Assembly (NCBI GenBank): GCA_021735655.1
Contig: JAIPGM010000001.1
Coordinates: 277,262-341,261, forward strand
Direction: 5' to 3'
Origin: Candidatus Omnitrophota bacterium
GTDB lineage: Bacteria; Omnitrophota; Gorgyraeia; Duberdicusellales; 4484-171
Length of the DNA: 64,000 nt
The translations under genes were made by a program, and so were the position numbers. This document shows positions 9,352 through 18,815 of this stretch, piece by piece; position 1 is the first letter of the stretch, and each line of letters begins with the position of its first letter. Under the pieces are notes generated by a model, which worked only from the letters and a program-made list of their open reading frames with translations, was not told the origin of the DNA and did no database searches.

Positions 9352-10638
9352 GTGAAAAAATTATTTTTAACTATAATTATTTTCGGGCTGTTATTTTTGA
9401 TATCTAGCTATCTCGAAGCTGCTATCTCTTATCGGTCGAGTAAGGTTTTTTTTGAGGGAAAACAGCTTTTAGTAGCTAAACCTGATAGTCAGGGTCGATA
9501 TAGCCAGGCTTCTCCCTTTATAATCAAAGGAGTTACCTGGTCTCCGGAGACAGCCGCTCCTGATTTTGGTCCTAACCCAATATGCCCAAACGAAACTGTA
9601 GAATATGGTTTTTTCTTTGATTGGGCCGGCCGTATACCTCAGGGGCATGAGATTTTTGTTTATTGGAAGGAGCGGCAGTTTGTTAAGCATTACTTAACTG
9701 ATGTTCCGCTGATGAGGAAGATGAATTTAAATACAGTTAGGGTTTATAGTTCCTTCGGCGATGATTTTAGAGAGGGCCGTAAGGTTTTAGATGAGTTATT
9801 CGATAATGGGATTATGATTATTATGAATGTAGCAATGTCTAAAGTTGACATTGATAACCAGAAGTATTTAAAAGTAGTCGAAGCTTACAAAGATCATCCG
9901 GCAATTCTTTTTTGGGCGATCGGTAACGAGTGGAATCTTGACTATAATAAATATTGGGGTTATGAAACAGTAGAAGCAGCAGCCCAAGCTACAAACCAGG
10001 TAGCTAAAGCAATAAAGCAAGTTGATCCAGATCATCCGGTGACCTCAGTTTTGGGTGATCGTTTTAGTGATTGCGATTTTGAAGATTCGGTAAGCCACAT
10101 ACTTGATATTTGTTTAGAGATAGATGTTTGGGGTTTTAATGTTTACCGGGGAAAAAGCTTTAGAGATTTTTTTTCACAAGTTGAGAGCTTAACTGAAAGA
10201 CCTTTTTATATCTCTGAGTTTGGAACCGACTCTTTTCGTACTACTAAATTCAAGGTGGTTGATGAGCATCAGGCTGACAACTGCAAAGGTTGGGAGCATG
10301 AGGCTTTACAGGCAAAGTTTGTTTTAGGCCTTTGGCGGGAGATAGAAAGTAATCTTTCGGGAATTCATTCCGATAAGCAGTGTTTAGGCGGCCTGGTCCA
10401 TGAGTTTAATGATTCGCTTTGGAAGGTTGGCTCTTATCATGTAGGTTTAGGAGGTTTAGTTGACTATTACTCCGAAGAAAGATCTAGTTTTAGAACTTAT
10501 AATACCGAAGGGTTTTATCTTCCTGGGGGTCACCCTGATGATGTGGCTAACGAGGAGTATTTCGGTATAGTTAACGCTGAACGCAAGCCTAAAGAAATAT
10601 TCTTTAAATTGCAGGAATATTACGCTAAGTTAAAGTGA
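9352..10638 (+). CDS. secreted TIM-barrel glycoside hydrolase (GH5-like)
   Basis: Signal peptide; AIGNEWNL (NE(W/P) acid/base-type motif); aromatic-rich barrel. Confidence 0.5.
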   Translation: MKKLFLTIIIFGLLFLISSYLEAAISYRSSKVFFEGKQLLVAKPDSQGRYSQASPFIIKGVTWSPETAAPDFGPNPICPNETVEYGFFFDWAGRIPQGHEIFVYWKERQFVKHYLTDVPLMRKMNLNTVRVYSSFGDDFREGRKVLDELFDNGIMIIMNVAMSKVDIDNQKYLKVVEAYKDHPAILFWAIGNEWNLDYNKYWGYETVEAAAQATNQVAKAIKQVDPDHPVTSVLGDRFSDCDFEDSVSHILDICLEIDVWGFNVYRGKSFRDFFSQVESLTERPFYISEFGTDSFRTTKFKVVDEHQADNCKGWEHEALQAKFVLGLWREIESNLSGIHSDKQCLGGLVHEFNDSLWKVGSYHVGLGGLVDYYSEERSSFRTYNTEGFYLPGGHPDDVANEEYFGIVNAERKPKEIFFKLQEYYAKLK

Positions 10639-10639
10639 T

Positions 10640-10668
10640 TTGACATATCAAGGTATATTCTATATAAT
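10640..10668 (+). promoter_or_regulatory. consensus sigma70-type promoter TTGACA-N17-TATAAT, 9 nt upstream of the lysS ATG (leaderless arrangement)
   Basis: TTGACA at 10640-10645, 17-nt spacer, TATAAT at 10663-10668. No SD before ATG 10678. Confidence 0.55.
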
Positions 10669-10677
10669 CAATACATC

Positions 10678-12093
10678 ATGGAATTGAATGAAAAACTAGA
10701 GAAAATAAGCGAAGAGTTTGGTAACCCCTTCTTGGAGACGAGCTTTCCTAAGTCTTTGACTATTAAAGAGATACTAGATGGATTTGAGGAGGAAAAAGAA
10801 GTCCTGGTTGCCGGAAGATTAATTTCTAAGCGTGAGCACGGAAAAAGCGGCTTTGCTCATTTGAGCGATCATACCGGAAGGATCCAGTTTTATGCTCAGG
10901 CTAATAAATTAGGGGATGTTTATAAGCTTTATAAGGAAATGGATATCGGCGATATTGTCGGAATCCGCGGCAAGTTTTTTGTTACTCGGACCGGTGAGCA
11001 AACGGTTTTAATCGATGAATTAAAACTCCTAGCTAAGGCTCTTCGGCCAATGCCTGAGAAGTGGCATGGCTTAAAAGATGTTGAAGTAAGGTATCGTCAG
11101 CGCTATTTAGATTTAATTGCTAACTCTCAGGTTCGTGATGTTTTTATAAAACGTTCTCAGATAATTTCTTTAATCAGAGAGTTTTTAAATCAGTTAAAGT
11201 TTATTGAGGTTGAGACACCGATGCTTCACACGGTAGCCGGAGGAGCAGCCGGTAGACCGTTTATGACCCATCATAATGCAACTGATGCTGATGTTTATTT
11301 GCGGATTGCTCCTGAGCTTTATTTGAAGCGGCTTTTAGTTGGTGGGCTTGAAAAGGTTTATGAGTTGAATCGAAGCTTTCGGAATGAAGGAACTTCAACC
11401 CGGCATAATCCGGAATTTACTATGCTTGAAGCCTATTCTTGTTATCAGAACTATGAATATATGATGAAGCTTTGCGAAGATTTGTTTTCTTATTTAGCTA
11501 AAGAAATAAACGGCAGCTGTGAGATTGAATATCAGGGGCAAAGGTTAGATTTAACTCCTCCTTGGCAGAGGATTTCTTTTGCTGAACTTTTTAAAAAAGA
11601 GTTTGATGTCGAATCTAGTGATTCTCAGAAGGAAATGTTTGATAAAATTAGTAAGAAATTAAAATTAGCAAAGGGTTTGAGTCGTTCTCAAATCCTGAAT
11701 ATAACTGAGGAGTTGATTGAGAAAAACTATCCTAAGGATAAACCAGCCTTCATTGTTGATTTTTTTACTTGGACTTCGCCTTTGGCTAAGCGCAAAAGGG
11801 ATAACCCAAACTTAGTTGAGCGGTTTGAACTTTTTGTTGCTGGACTTGAAGTTGCCAATGCTTACTCTGAGCTCAATGACCCGATTGACCAGAGAGCACG
11901 TTTTAAAAAGCAACTAGAGACTGAAGATGAGCTTCCAAAGAAAATTGATGATGATTTTGTTTTAAGTTTAGAATACGGAATGCCTCCAGCTACTGGCTTG
12001 GGAATCGGCATTGATAGGCTAGTTATGATTCTTCTCAACCAACCCTCGATAAGAGACGTGATTCTTTTTCCGCTGCTTAAACCTTTAGGTTAA
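10678..12093 (+). CDS. lysS: lysyl-tRNA synthetase, class II
   Basis: FRNEGTSTRHNPEFTMLEAY (class II motif 2) and an OB-fold N-terminus. Confidence 0.9.
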   Translation: MELNEKLEKISEEFGNPFLETSFPKSLTIKEILDGFEEEKEVLVAGRLISKREHGKSGFAHLSDHTGRIQFYAQANKLGDVYKLYKEMDIGDIVGIRGKFFVTRTGEQTVLIDELKLLAKALRPMPEKWHGLKDVEVRYRQRYLDLIANSQVRDVFIKRSQIISLIREFLNQLKFIEVETPMLHTVAGGAAGRPFMTHHNATDADVYLRIAPELYLKRLLVGGLEKVYELNRSFRNEGTSTRHNPEFTMLEAYSCYQNYEYMMKLCEDLFSYLAKEINGSCEIEYQGQRLDLTPPWQRISFAELFKKEFDVESSDSQKEMFDKISKKLKLAKGLSRSQILNITEELIEKNYPKDKPAFIVDFFTWTSPLAKRKRDNPNLVERFELFVAGLEVANAYSELNDPIDQRARFKKQLETEDELPKKIDDDFVLSLEYGMPPATGLGIGIDRLVMILLNQPSIRDVILFPLLKPLG

Positions 12094-13250
12094 TGTTAAC
12101 CGAAATTTATTTAGCTAGACGTTATATTTTTAGGGGTCGCACTCGACACATCTCTTTTATTGGTATCATTTCTTGTTTAGGAGTTGCTGTCGGGGTCGCC
12201 GCTTTGATTATCGCCTTTTCAATTGTAAATGGAATTGATGGCGGTTTGATGAAACGAATCATGCGTTTTCAGGATCACTTGACCGTTGATAGTTTCGATC
12301 AAGAAAGTCTGCTGGCGGTTAAACAAGATCTAGAAAACTGGGATGAGGTCGAGACAGCTCAAATTTCAGTTAATACTCAAGTTTTTGCTAAATTTGGTGA
12401 AACAATAATGCCTTTAGCTGTAAGAGGGGTGGACTTTTCTGACCCTAAAGCTAAAGAGGAATTTTCTCAATATATAAAGAAAGAGTTTGCCCAAGAGGGT
12501 TTTTTCATCGGCCAAGGCTTAAGCCAGCAGTTCTTTATCGATAAAAAAATAGAGTTTTACCCTTTAGAGAAAAACCTTAAACTTAAAAGCAGCAAGGTTA
12601 GAGGGGTCTTCAAAGTAGGCTTATACGATATTGATAATTATTATTTGATTACTGATTTAAAGAAAGCAAAGTCTCTTTCGGCTAATTATTCTTTATTCTT
12701 AGGGGTAAAACTCAAAAATCCCTACTTGGCTGATCAAATTAAGGAAAGGCTGTTAAATAAATATTCCAACAAGTTGTTGGTTAACAGCTGGATTGAGTCA
12801 AACTCAGCTCTTTTTGCTACCTTAAAACTAGAAAAGTTAGCCTTATTTATTATTTTAGGTTTAATTATTTTGGTAGCTTCGTTTAACATATTCTCGGCGC
12901 TGACAGTTAAGGTAGTTGAGAAGACCAAAGATATTGGAATTTTAAGGTCTTTAGGTTTCAGAAGAAGAAGCATCCGAACTATTTTTACCCTTGGCGGTTT
13001 AATGATTGGCTCAACCGGGGTAGTTTTGGGGTCTTTGCTCGGAGTTGGTACTTGTCTTGTGTTTGAGAAGTATCCTTTTGTTAAAATTCCGGCTGACATT
13101 TTTGGCACTGATTACTTGCCGTTGGTAGTTGACTATAAAGACGTATTAGCAATTGCTATCGTCGGTTTGATTATTTCTTTTATCTCTAGTTTTTTGCCGG
13201 CTTATCGAGCGAGTAAGCTTAATATTTGTGAGGCGCTTAGATATGAATGA
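12093..13250 (+). CDS. lolC: lipoprotein-release ABC permease (LolC/E/F, FtsX family)
   Basis: FtsX-type 4-TM topology with a large periplasmic loop. It is the single permease gene beside lolD. Confidence 0.75.
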   Translation: MLTEIYLARRYIFRGRTRHISFIGIISCLGVAVGVAALIIAFSIVNGIDGGLMKRIMRFQDHLTVDSFDQESLLAVKQDLENWDEVETAQISVNTQVFAKFGETIMPLAVRGVDFSDPKAKEEFSQYIKKEFAQEGFFIGQGLSQQFFIDKKIEFYPLEKNLKLKSSKVRGVFKVGLYDIDNYYLITDLKKAKSLSANYSLFLGVKLKNPYLADQIKERLLNKYSNKLLVNSWIESNSALFATLKLEKLALFIILGLIILVASFNIFSALTVKVVEKTKDIGILRSLGFRRRSIRTIFTLGGLMIGSTGVVLGSLLGVGTCLVFEKYPFVKIPADIFGTDYLPLVVDYKDVLAIAIVGLIISFISSFLPAYRASKLNICEALRYE

Positions 13251-13911
13251 GTTGATAGAATTAAAATCTGTAAACAAAACTTATAACAACGGTATGCCTT
13301 TTGCGGCTCTTTGTGATATATCTTTATCAATAGCTAAACAAGACTATTTGGCAATAACCGGTCCTTCGGGAGCCGGAAAATCAACCTTGCTTCATATTAT
13401 CGGCGGCCTTGAACTTCCGACTAGCGGTGAGGTATTTTTTCAAGAAAAGCAAATATCTAAGCTCAACGATCGCGATCTTTGCCTTTGGCGTAATAAAACC
13501 GTGGGTTTTGTTTTTCAGTTTTATCATTTAATCGAAGAGCTGAATGTATTGGAAAATGTAGCAATTGCCGTATTTGGTCAGATGCAAAAATACTCTTTCA
13601 AAAAAGCTAAGGAGTTGTTAAAATATTTAGGACTTGAAAAAAGAGTTGAGGCTTTTCCATCGCAACTTAGCGGTGGCGAAAAACAAAGGGTAGCTATTGC
13701 TCGAGCTTTGGTCAATGACCCTCAGGTGCTTTTTTGTGACGAACCGACTGGTAATCTTGATAAGGAGTCACAAGAGAGAGTGGTTAGTTTGCTTTCGAAT
13801 TTAAATAGGAGCAAGAAAAAAACAATAGTTTTAGTGACCCATAATCAGGAGCTAGCTAGACAGGCAAAAAAAGTTTTAGTTATTGAAGACGGAAAAATAA
13901 ACGGAGGGTGA
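13228..13911 (+). CDS. lolD: lipoprotein-release ABC ATPase
   Basis: Walker A GPSGAGKST; LSGGEKQRVAIARAL signature. Confidence 0.8.
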   Translation: MRRLDMNELIELKSVNKTYNNGMPFAALCDISLSIAKQDYLAITGPSGAGKSTLLHIIGGLELPTSGEVFFQEKQISKLNDRDLCLWRNKTVGFVFQFYHLIEELNVLENVAIAVFGQMQKYSFKKAKELLKYLGLEKRVEAFPSQLSGGEKQRVAIARALVNDPQVLFCDEPTGNLDKESQERVVSLLSNLNRSKKKTIVLVTHNQELARQAKKVLVIEDGKINGG

Positions 13912-13913
13912 GC

Positions 13914-14789
13914 ATGAAAGTTTATCTTAACCGAGAGTTAGTTGAGAAAAAAGACGCAAAGGTTTCAGTATTTGATCATGGATATCTTTACGGTGATGGA
14001 GTTTTTGAGGGAATAAGAACCTACGACTGTTTGGTTTTTAAACTGAAAGAGCATGTCGACCGATTGTATGAGTCTGCTCATTCAATTATGCTAAATATCT
14101 CTTTCACTAAAAAACAGATGGTGGAAGCAATTATAAAAACGCTTAAGGCGAATAAACTTAAAGATGGTTATATCAGGGTAGTTGTTTCCCGTGGTGAAGG
14201 CGATTTAGGTCTTGATCCGCGAAAATGTAAGGGCAATGAAACATTAGTTATTATTACTGATAAGATTACTCTTTATCCTAAACAGCTATATCAAAAAGGG
14301 ATGGAGATAATAACTGTTCCTACGGTACGTAATATTCCGGAAGCTTTAAATCCACAGATTAAGTCGCTTAACTATTTGAATAATATCTTAGCCAAGATTG
14401 AAGCGATCAACTCCGGTTATCAAGAGGCTTTGATGCTTGATCATCTCGGCTATGTAGCTGAATGTACTGGTGACAATATATTTATGGTTAAGAAGGGTAA
14501 GCTCTATACGCCACCTCAATGTATGGGTACTCTTCGGGGGATCACCCGCGATGCAGTACTTGATATTGCTAAGAAGTTAAAACTTTCTACCAATGAGCAC
14601 GTTTTAACCCGGCATGAACTCTATCTATCCGATGAATGTTTTTTAACTGGAACTGCAGCCGAAATCGTTCCGGTAGTAAAGGTAGACGGTAGGAGGATCG
14701 GCACTGGCATTCCGGGTAAATTTACTAAAAAAATAATGCAGGAGTTTAGGAATTTAACTAAAACTTCAGGTGTAAGGTATAAGTTGTAG
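13914..14789 (+). CDS. ilvE: branched-chain amino acid aminotransferase (class IV)
   Basis: VFDHGYLYGDGVFEGIR N-terminal motif. ATG 13914 (track ORF starts at GTG 13908). Confidence 0.8.
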   Translation: MKVYLNRELVEKKDAKVSVFDHGYLYGDGVFEGIRTYDCLVFKLKEHVDRLYESAHSIMLNISFTKKQMVEAIIKTLKANKLKDGYIRVVVSRGEGDLGLDPRKCKGNETLVIITDKITLYPKQLYQKGMEIITVPTVRNIPEALNPQIKSLNYLNNILAKIEAINSGYQEALMLDHLGYVAECTGDNIFMVKKGKLYTPPQCMGTLRGITRDAVLDIAKKLKLSTNEHVLTRHELYLSDECFLTGTAAEIVPVVKVDGRRIGTGIPGKFTKKIMQEFRNLTKTSGVRYKL

Positions 14790-14801
14790 GAAAATAAAGC
14801 T

Positions 14802-15287
14802 ATGCTTTGTGATATTTGCCATAAAAACATTGCTACAGTTCATCTTACCGAGATTATTAATGATAAGGTAGCTGAGATGCATATTTGCCAGGCTTGTGCT
14901 CAGAATAAGTCTGAAGGTCTTGCTCAGCAGCCGAATATTTCTGATTTTGTTGGCGGTCTGGTAAATGCTGATTTGACTAAAAAAGATAATCGAGCCTTAA
15001 AATGCCCGGCCTGCGGTTTTAACTATAATGATTTTAAGAAAAAAGGGAGGCTGGGCTGTGGCCGGTGTTATACAGCTTTTAGAAGACAGTTACTTCCTTT
15101 GCTTAAGAAGATTCACGGAGCAATCCGCCATACTGGTAAAATTCCTTTAGATGTTAAGAGACCGGTTTCTTCAGAAGTAAAGTTAAGAGAGTTAAATGAT
15201 CAGCTAGAGCGGGCGATCCAGCTGGAGGAATACGAAGCGGCAGCAAAAATTAGAGATAAACTTAAGAAGTTGGATAAAAACAAGTAG
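14802..15287 (+). CDS. mcsA: protein-arginine kinase activator McsA (zinc fingers + UVR domain)
   Basis: CDIC..CQAC and CPACG..CGRC pairs. C-terminal UVR-like LERAIQLEEYEAAAKIRD. Confidence 0.7.
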   Translation: MLCDICHKNIATVHLTEIINDKVAEMHICQACAQNKSEGLAQQPNISDFVGGLVNADLTKKDNRALKCPACGFNYNDFKKKGRLGCGRCYTAFRRQLLPLLKKIHGAIRHTGKIPLDVKRPVSSEVKLRELNDQLERAIQLEEYEAAAKIRDKLKKLDKNK

Positions 15288-15298
15288 TAATTTAAATA

Positions 15299-16366
15299 AT
15301 GTTTAGGAATTTTCTCGATAACAAAGATAGTTGGTTGAGCAAGAAGGGTCCGGAATCGGAGATCGTTTTCTCATCGCGCATCCGTCTGGCTCGTAACATT
15401 GACGGAATTCCTTTTCCTTCTAAAGCTACAATTGCTCAACGGGAGGAAGTATTCAAGTCAGCCAAGGAAGCCTATCCGCATATTAAAAGATTCAAGAATA
15501 GTTTTTTTGTTAACATGGATGACCTCGGAGAGCTAGATAGTCACTTTCTTCTTGAGCGGCACTTAATTGCTCAAGAGCACTTAGTCCAGGCTTCACACCG
15601 AGGACTTATTATGTCTAAGGATGAGGAGATTTCAATCATGGTAAATGAGGAAGATCACTTCCGGATGCAGGTAATTACCTCTGGTTTTGATCTGAAGAAA
15701 TGCTGGGATATTCTTGATAATATCGATAATGATTTGAGTAAAAAAATATCTTTCTCTTTTTTGCCCGATGTAGGCTATCTAACTGCTTGTCCGACTAATG
15801 TTGGAACCGCACTTAGAGCGTCATGTATGTTGCATCTCCCAGCATTAATCCTTACCAAACGGATCAATAAGATTTTAGAGCTTTTGGCCCGGATATCTTT
15901 TACTACTCGGGGTTTGTTTGGTGAAGGCACGCAAGCTTTAGGAAATTTTTTTCAGATTTCCAACCAAGTGAGTTTAGGTTTAAGCGAGGAAGAGCTAATC
16001 GACAATTTGATCAGTGTAGTTAACCAGGTCAAAAATCACGAAATCGGTGCTCGCAATATTTTGATTAAGAAGTACAAAAAGAATCTAGAGGATAATGTCT
16101 GGCGGGCTTTAGGAATTTTAAGAAATGCTCGTTTGATTAATAGCAAAGAAGCCCTGAGTCATCTTTCTATCTTGTCATTAGGCCTAGATTTAGGTATAAT
16201 TAAAGATGTAGATTTTTCAAAGTGTAAGACTGGCAAGAAGTTGTTGCGTAACTTATTTATTATGATTCAACCGGCTCATTTACAAAAAATTGAAGGCCGG
16301 ACTTTAAAAGAAAAAGAACGTGATTCAATTAGAGCCGATATTTTAAGAGAAAGGTTAGGAGGATAA
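15299..16366 (+). CDS. mcsB: protein arginine kinase McsB (ATP:guanido phosphotransferase)
   Basis: Active-site CPTNVGT motif of phosphagen kinases. Confidence 0.85.
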   Translation: MFRNFLDNKDSWLSKKGPESEIVFSSRIRLARNIDGIPFPSKATIAQREEVFKSAKEAYPHIKRFKNSFFVNMDDLGELDSHFLLERHLIAQEHLVQASHRGLIMSKDEEISIMVNEEDHFRMQVITSGFDLKKCWDILDNIDNDLSKKISFSFLPDVGYLTACPTNVGTALRASCMLHLPALILTKRINKILELLARISFTTRGLFGEGTQALGNFFQISNQVSLGLSEEELIDNLISVVNQVKNHEIGARNILIKKYKKNLEDNVWRALGILRNARLINSKEALSHLSILSLGLDLGIIKDVDFSKCKTGKKLLRNLFIMIQPAHLQKIEGRTLKEKERDSIRADILRERLGG

Positions 16367-16370
16367 TAAA

Positions 16371-18815
16371 ATGTTTAATCGTTTTACTGAAAGAGCAAGA
16401 AAAGTTTTAGTTTTGGCAAAAGAAGAGGCCCGTCGTTTTAATCACGATTATATTGGCACTGAGCATATCCTTCTAGGATTGATTCGCGAAGGCGAAGGGG
16501 TAGCCTGTGCGGTTTTGCAAAATTTAGGCGTTGATTTAGAACGTTTACGTATTGAAATTGAAAAGTTGATTTCTACCGGAAGTGTATCCTCGGTGTTGGG
16601 AGATATTCCTTTTACCCCTCGCGCTAAAAAGGCTTTAGAACTGTCGGCTGAGGAGGCTAGGAATTTAGGTCATAATTATATTGGAACCGAACATATACTT
16701 TTAGGTTTACTTCGTGAAGAAGAAGGCATTGCCTCACAGGTTTTAATTTCTTTAGGGGCGGATTTAAAAAGAATAAAAAATGAGATTTCTGCTCTTTTAG
16801 GCGGAGCAACACAAACTCAAAATCAGAATACTAATCAAAGTTCGTCGAAAACGCCGGCTTTGGATTCTTTTGGTCGTGACTTAACTAAGCTAACTCGTGA
16901 TGGAAAGCTTGACCCAGTTATCGGAAGAAAAACCCAAATTGAAAGAGTGATCCAAATTTTATCCCGAAGAACAAAAAATAACCCGGTGCTTTTAGGTGAA
17001 GCCGGAGTTGGTAAGACAGCGATTGTTGAGGGTTTAGCCCAGGACATTATTAAAGGTGATGTTCCCGAGGTTTTGCGGGGAAAACGAATAATAGTTTTAG
17101 ACTTGGCTTTAATGATTGCCGGAACCAAGTATCGCGGTCAGTTTGAGGAAAGAATAAAAGCGGTAATGGAGGAGATAAAGCGTTCTAAAGATGTAATTAT
17201 CTTTATCGATGAGCTCCATACTTTAGTTGGTGCCGGTGCCGCCGAAGGAGCGATTGATGCTTCTAATATTTTAAAACCAGCCTTAAGCCGCGGCGAAATC
17301 CAATGCATTGGAGCAACTACTCTTGATGAATATAGAAAACATATTGAGAAAGATGCTGCTCTTGAGCGGAGATTTCAGTCAATATATGTTGAACCCAATA
17401 GCGTTGAGGAAACTATTCAGATTTTAGAAGGTTTGCGTGATAAGTACGAAGCTCATCATCGGGTTAAATTTACCGACGAGTCATTATCGGCTGCGGCAAA
17501 ACTGTCTGATCGTTATGTTTCGGGAAGATTTTTGCCGGATAAAGCTATCGATTTAATTGATGAGTCGGGTGCCCGATCAAGATTGAATGTATTAACCGCA
17601 CCTTCAGAAATAAAGGAACTAGAGGAGAGAATTTCTAATATTATTATTGAAAAAGAAGCGCTTATTAAGCAACAGGATTTCGAAAAGGCTGCTCGTCTTC
17701 GTGATGAAGAAAAAACTTTGCGCCTTAAGTTGGAGGTTTTAAGAAAAGAATGGAGTAAGAAAAGAGATCAGATTACTCCTGAGGTTGGATATGAAGAAAT
17801 TGCTCGGCTAGTAGCTAGCATTACTGGTGTGCCGATCTATCGTTTAGAGGAAAAAGAATCAGAAAAACTTTTAAAGATAGAGCATGATCTACGTGAAAGA
17901 GTGGCCGGGCAAGATGAAGCAATTGATGCAATTGCTCGTTCAGTTAGAAGAGCCAGGGCTGGAATCAAAGAACCGCGTCGGCCGATTGGTTCGTTTTTGT
18001 TTATGGGCCCTACCGGGGTAGGCAAGACTTTGCTTGCTCGGGCTTTAGCTGAATATATGTTTGGTAATGAAGAAGCACTTATCCAATTGGACATGAGTGA
18101 ATATATGGAAAAATTTAATGTTTCAAGGTTGCTTGGGGCTCCTCCGGGATATGTTGGTTATGAAGAGGGGGGTCAGCTTACTGAGCGCGTGAGACGTCGG
18201 CCCTATTCGGTTGTGCTTTTAGACGAAATTGAAAAAGCTCATCCTGATGTGTTTAATATACTTTTACAAATTTTAGAAGAAGGAAGATTAACTGATAGTT
18301 ATGGTCGAAGAGTTGATTTTAGAAATACAATTTTGATTATGACTTCTAATGTCGGAGCTGGAATAATCAGAAAGCGGGGCTCTTTGGGGTTTAAAGCAAT
18401 TAGTGAAGATATAAGCTATGAAGAAATGAAGAATCTTCTTCTTGAAGAAGTAAAGAAGACCTTTAAGCCGGAATTTTTAAATCGTTTAGATGAGACGGTT
18501 GTTTTTAGGCCATTGAATAGAAAAGATTTGGCAAGGATAGTAGATATCGAAATAGCTTATGTTAATAGTCGAATAGCTGAGCAAGGTTTTGAAGCTATAC
18601 TAAGCCCTAAAGCTAAGGATTTATTTATTGAAAAAGGGTTTGATCCGGTTTTTGGCGCAAGACCCTTAAAGAGAGTTATTCAAAGATTCCTTGAGGATCC
18701 TTTGGCTGAGGATATTATTAGAGGCAAATTTACCGAAAAGCTAAAAAAGAAGTCAGAGAGCGATAAAATAAAGATAAAAGTAATTAAAAAAGGGGGAGCT
18801 TTAGTATTTGAATGA
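16371..18815 (+). CDS. clpC: ATP-dependent Clp protease ATP-binding subunit ClpC
   Basis: Two Clp_N repeats; two AAA+ modules (GEAGVGKT, GPTGVGKT); middle UVR-like linker. Confidence 0.9.
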   Translation: MFNRFTERARKVLVLAKEEARRFNHDYIGTEHILLGLIREGEGVACAVLQNLGVDLERLRIEIEKLISTGSVSSVLGDIPFTPRAKKALELSAEEARNLGHNYIGTEHILLGLLREEEGIASQVLISLGADLKRIKNEISALLGGATQTQNQNTNQSSSKTPALDSFGRDLTKLTRDGKLDPVIGRKTQIERVIQILSRRTKNNPVLLGEAGVGKTAIVEGLAQDIIKGDVPEVLRGKRIIVLDLALMIAGTKYRGQFEERIKAVMEEIKRSKDVIIFIDELHTLVGAGAAEGAIDASNILKPALSRGEIQCIGATTLDEYRKHIEKDAALERRFQSIYVEPNSVEETIQILEGLRDKYEAHHRVKFTDESLSAAAKLSDRYVSGRFLPDKAIDLIDESGARSRLNVLTAPSEIKELEERISNIIIEKEALIKQQDFEKAARLRDEEKTLRLKLEVLRKEWSKKRDQITPEVGYEEIARLVASITGVPIYRLEEKESEKLLKIEHDLRERVAGQDEAIDAIARSVRRARAGIKEPRRPIGSFLFMGPTGVGKTLLARALAEYMFGNEEALIQLDMSEYMEKFNVSRLLGAPPGYVGYEEGGQLTERVRRRPYSVVLLDEIEKAHPDVFNILLQILEEGRLTDSYGRRVDFRNTILIMTSNVGAGIIRKRGSLGFKAISEDISYEEMKNLLLEEVKKTFKPEFLNRLDETVVFRPLNRKDLARIVDIEIAYVNSRIAEQGFEAILSPKAKDLFIEKGFDPVFGARPLKRVIQRFLEDPLAEDIIRGKFTEKLKKKSESDKIKIKVIKKGGALVFE

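Noticed and set aside
14700-14802. Searched for a ctsR gene or CtsR operator upstream of mcsA.
   Set aside because: ilvE coding sequence runs to 14789 and mcsA starts at 14802. There is no room for ctsR, and no GGTCAAA-type direct repeat is visible. ctsR is absent from this window.
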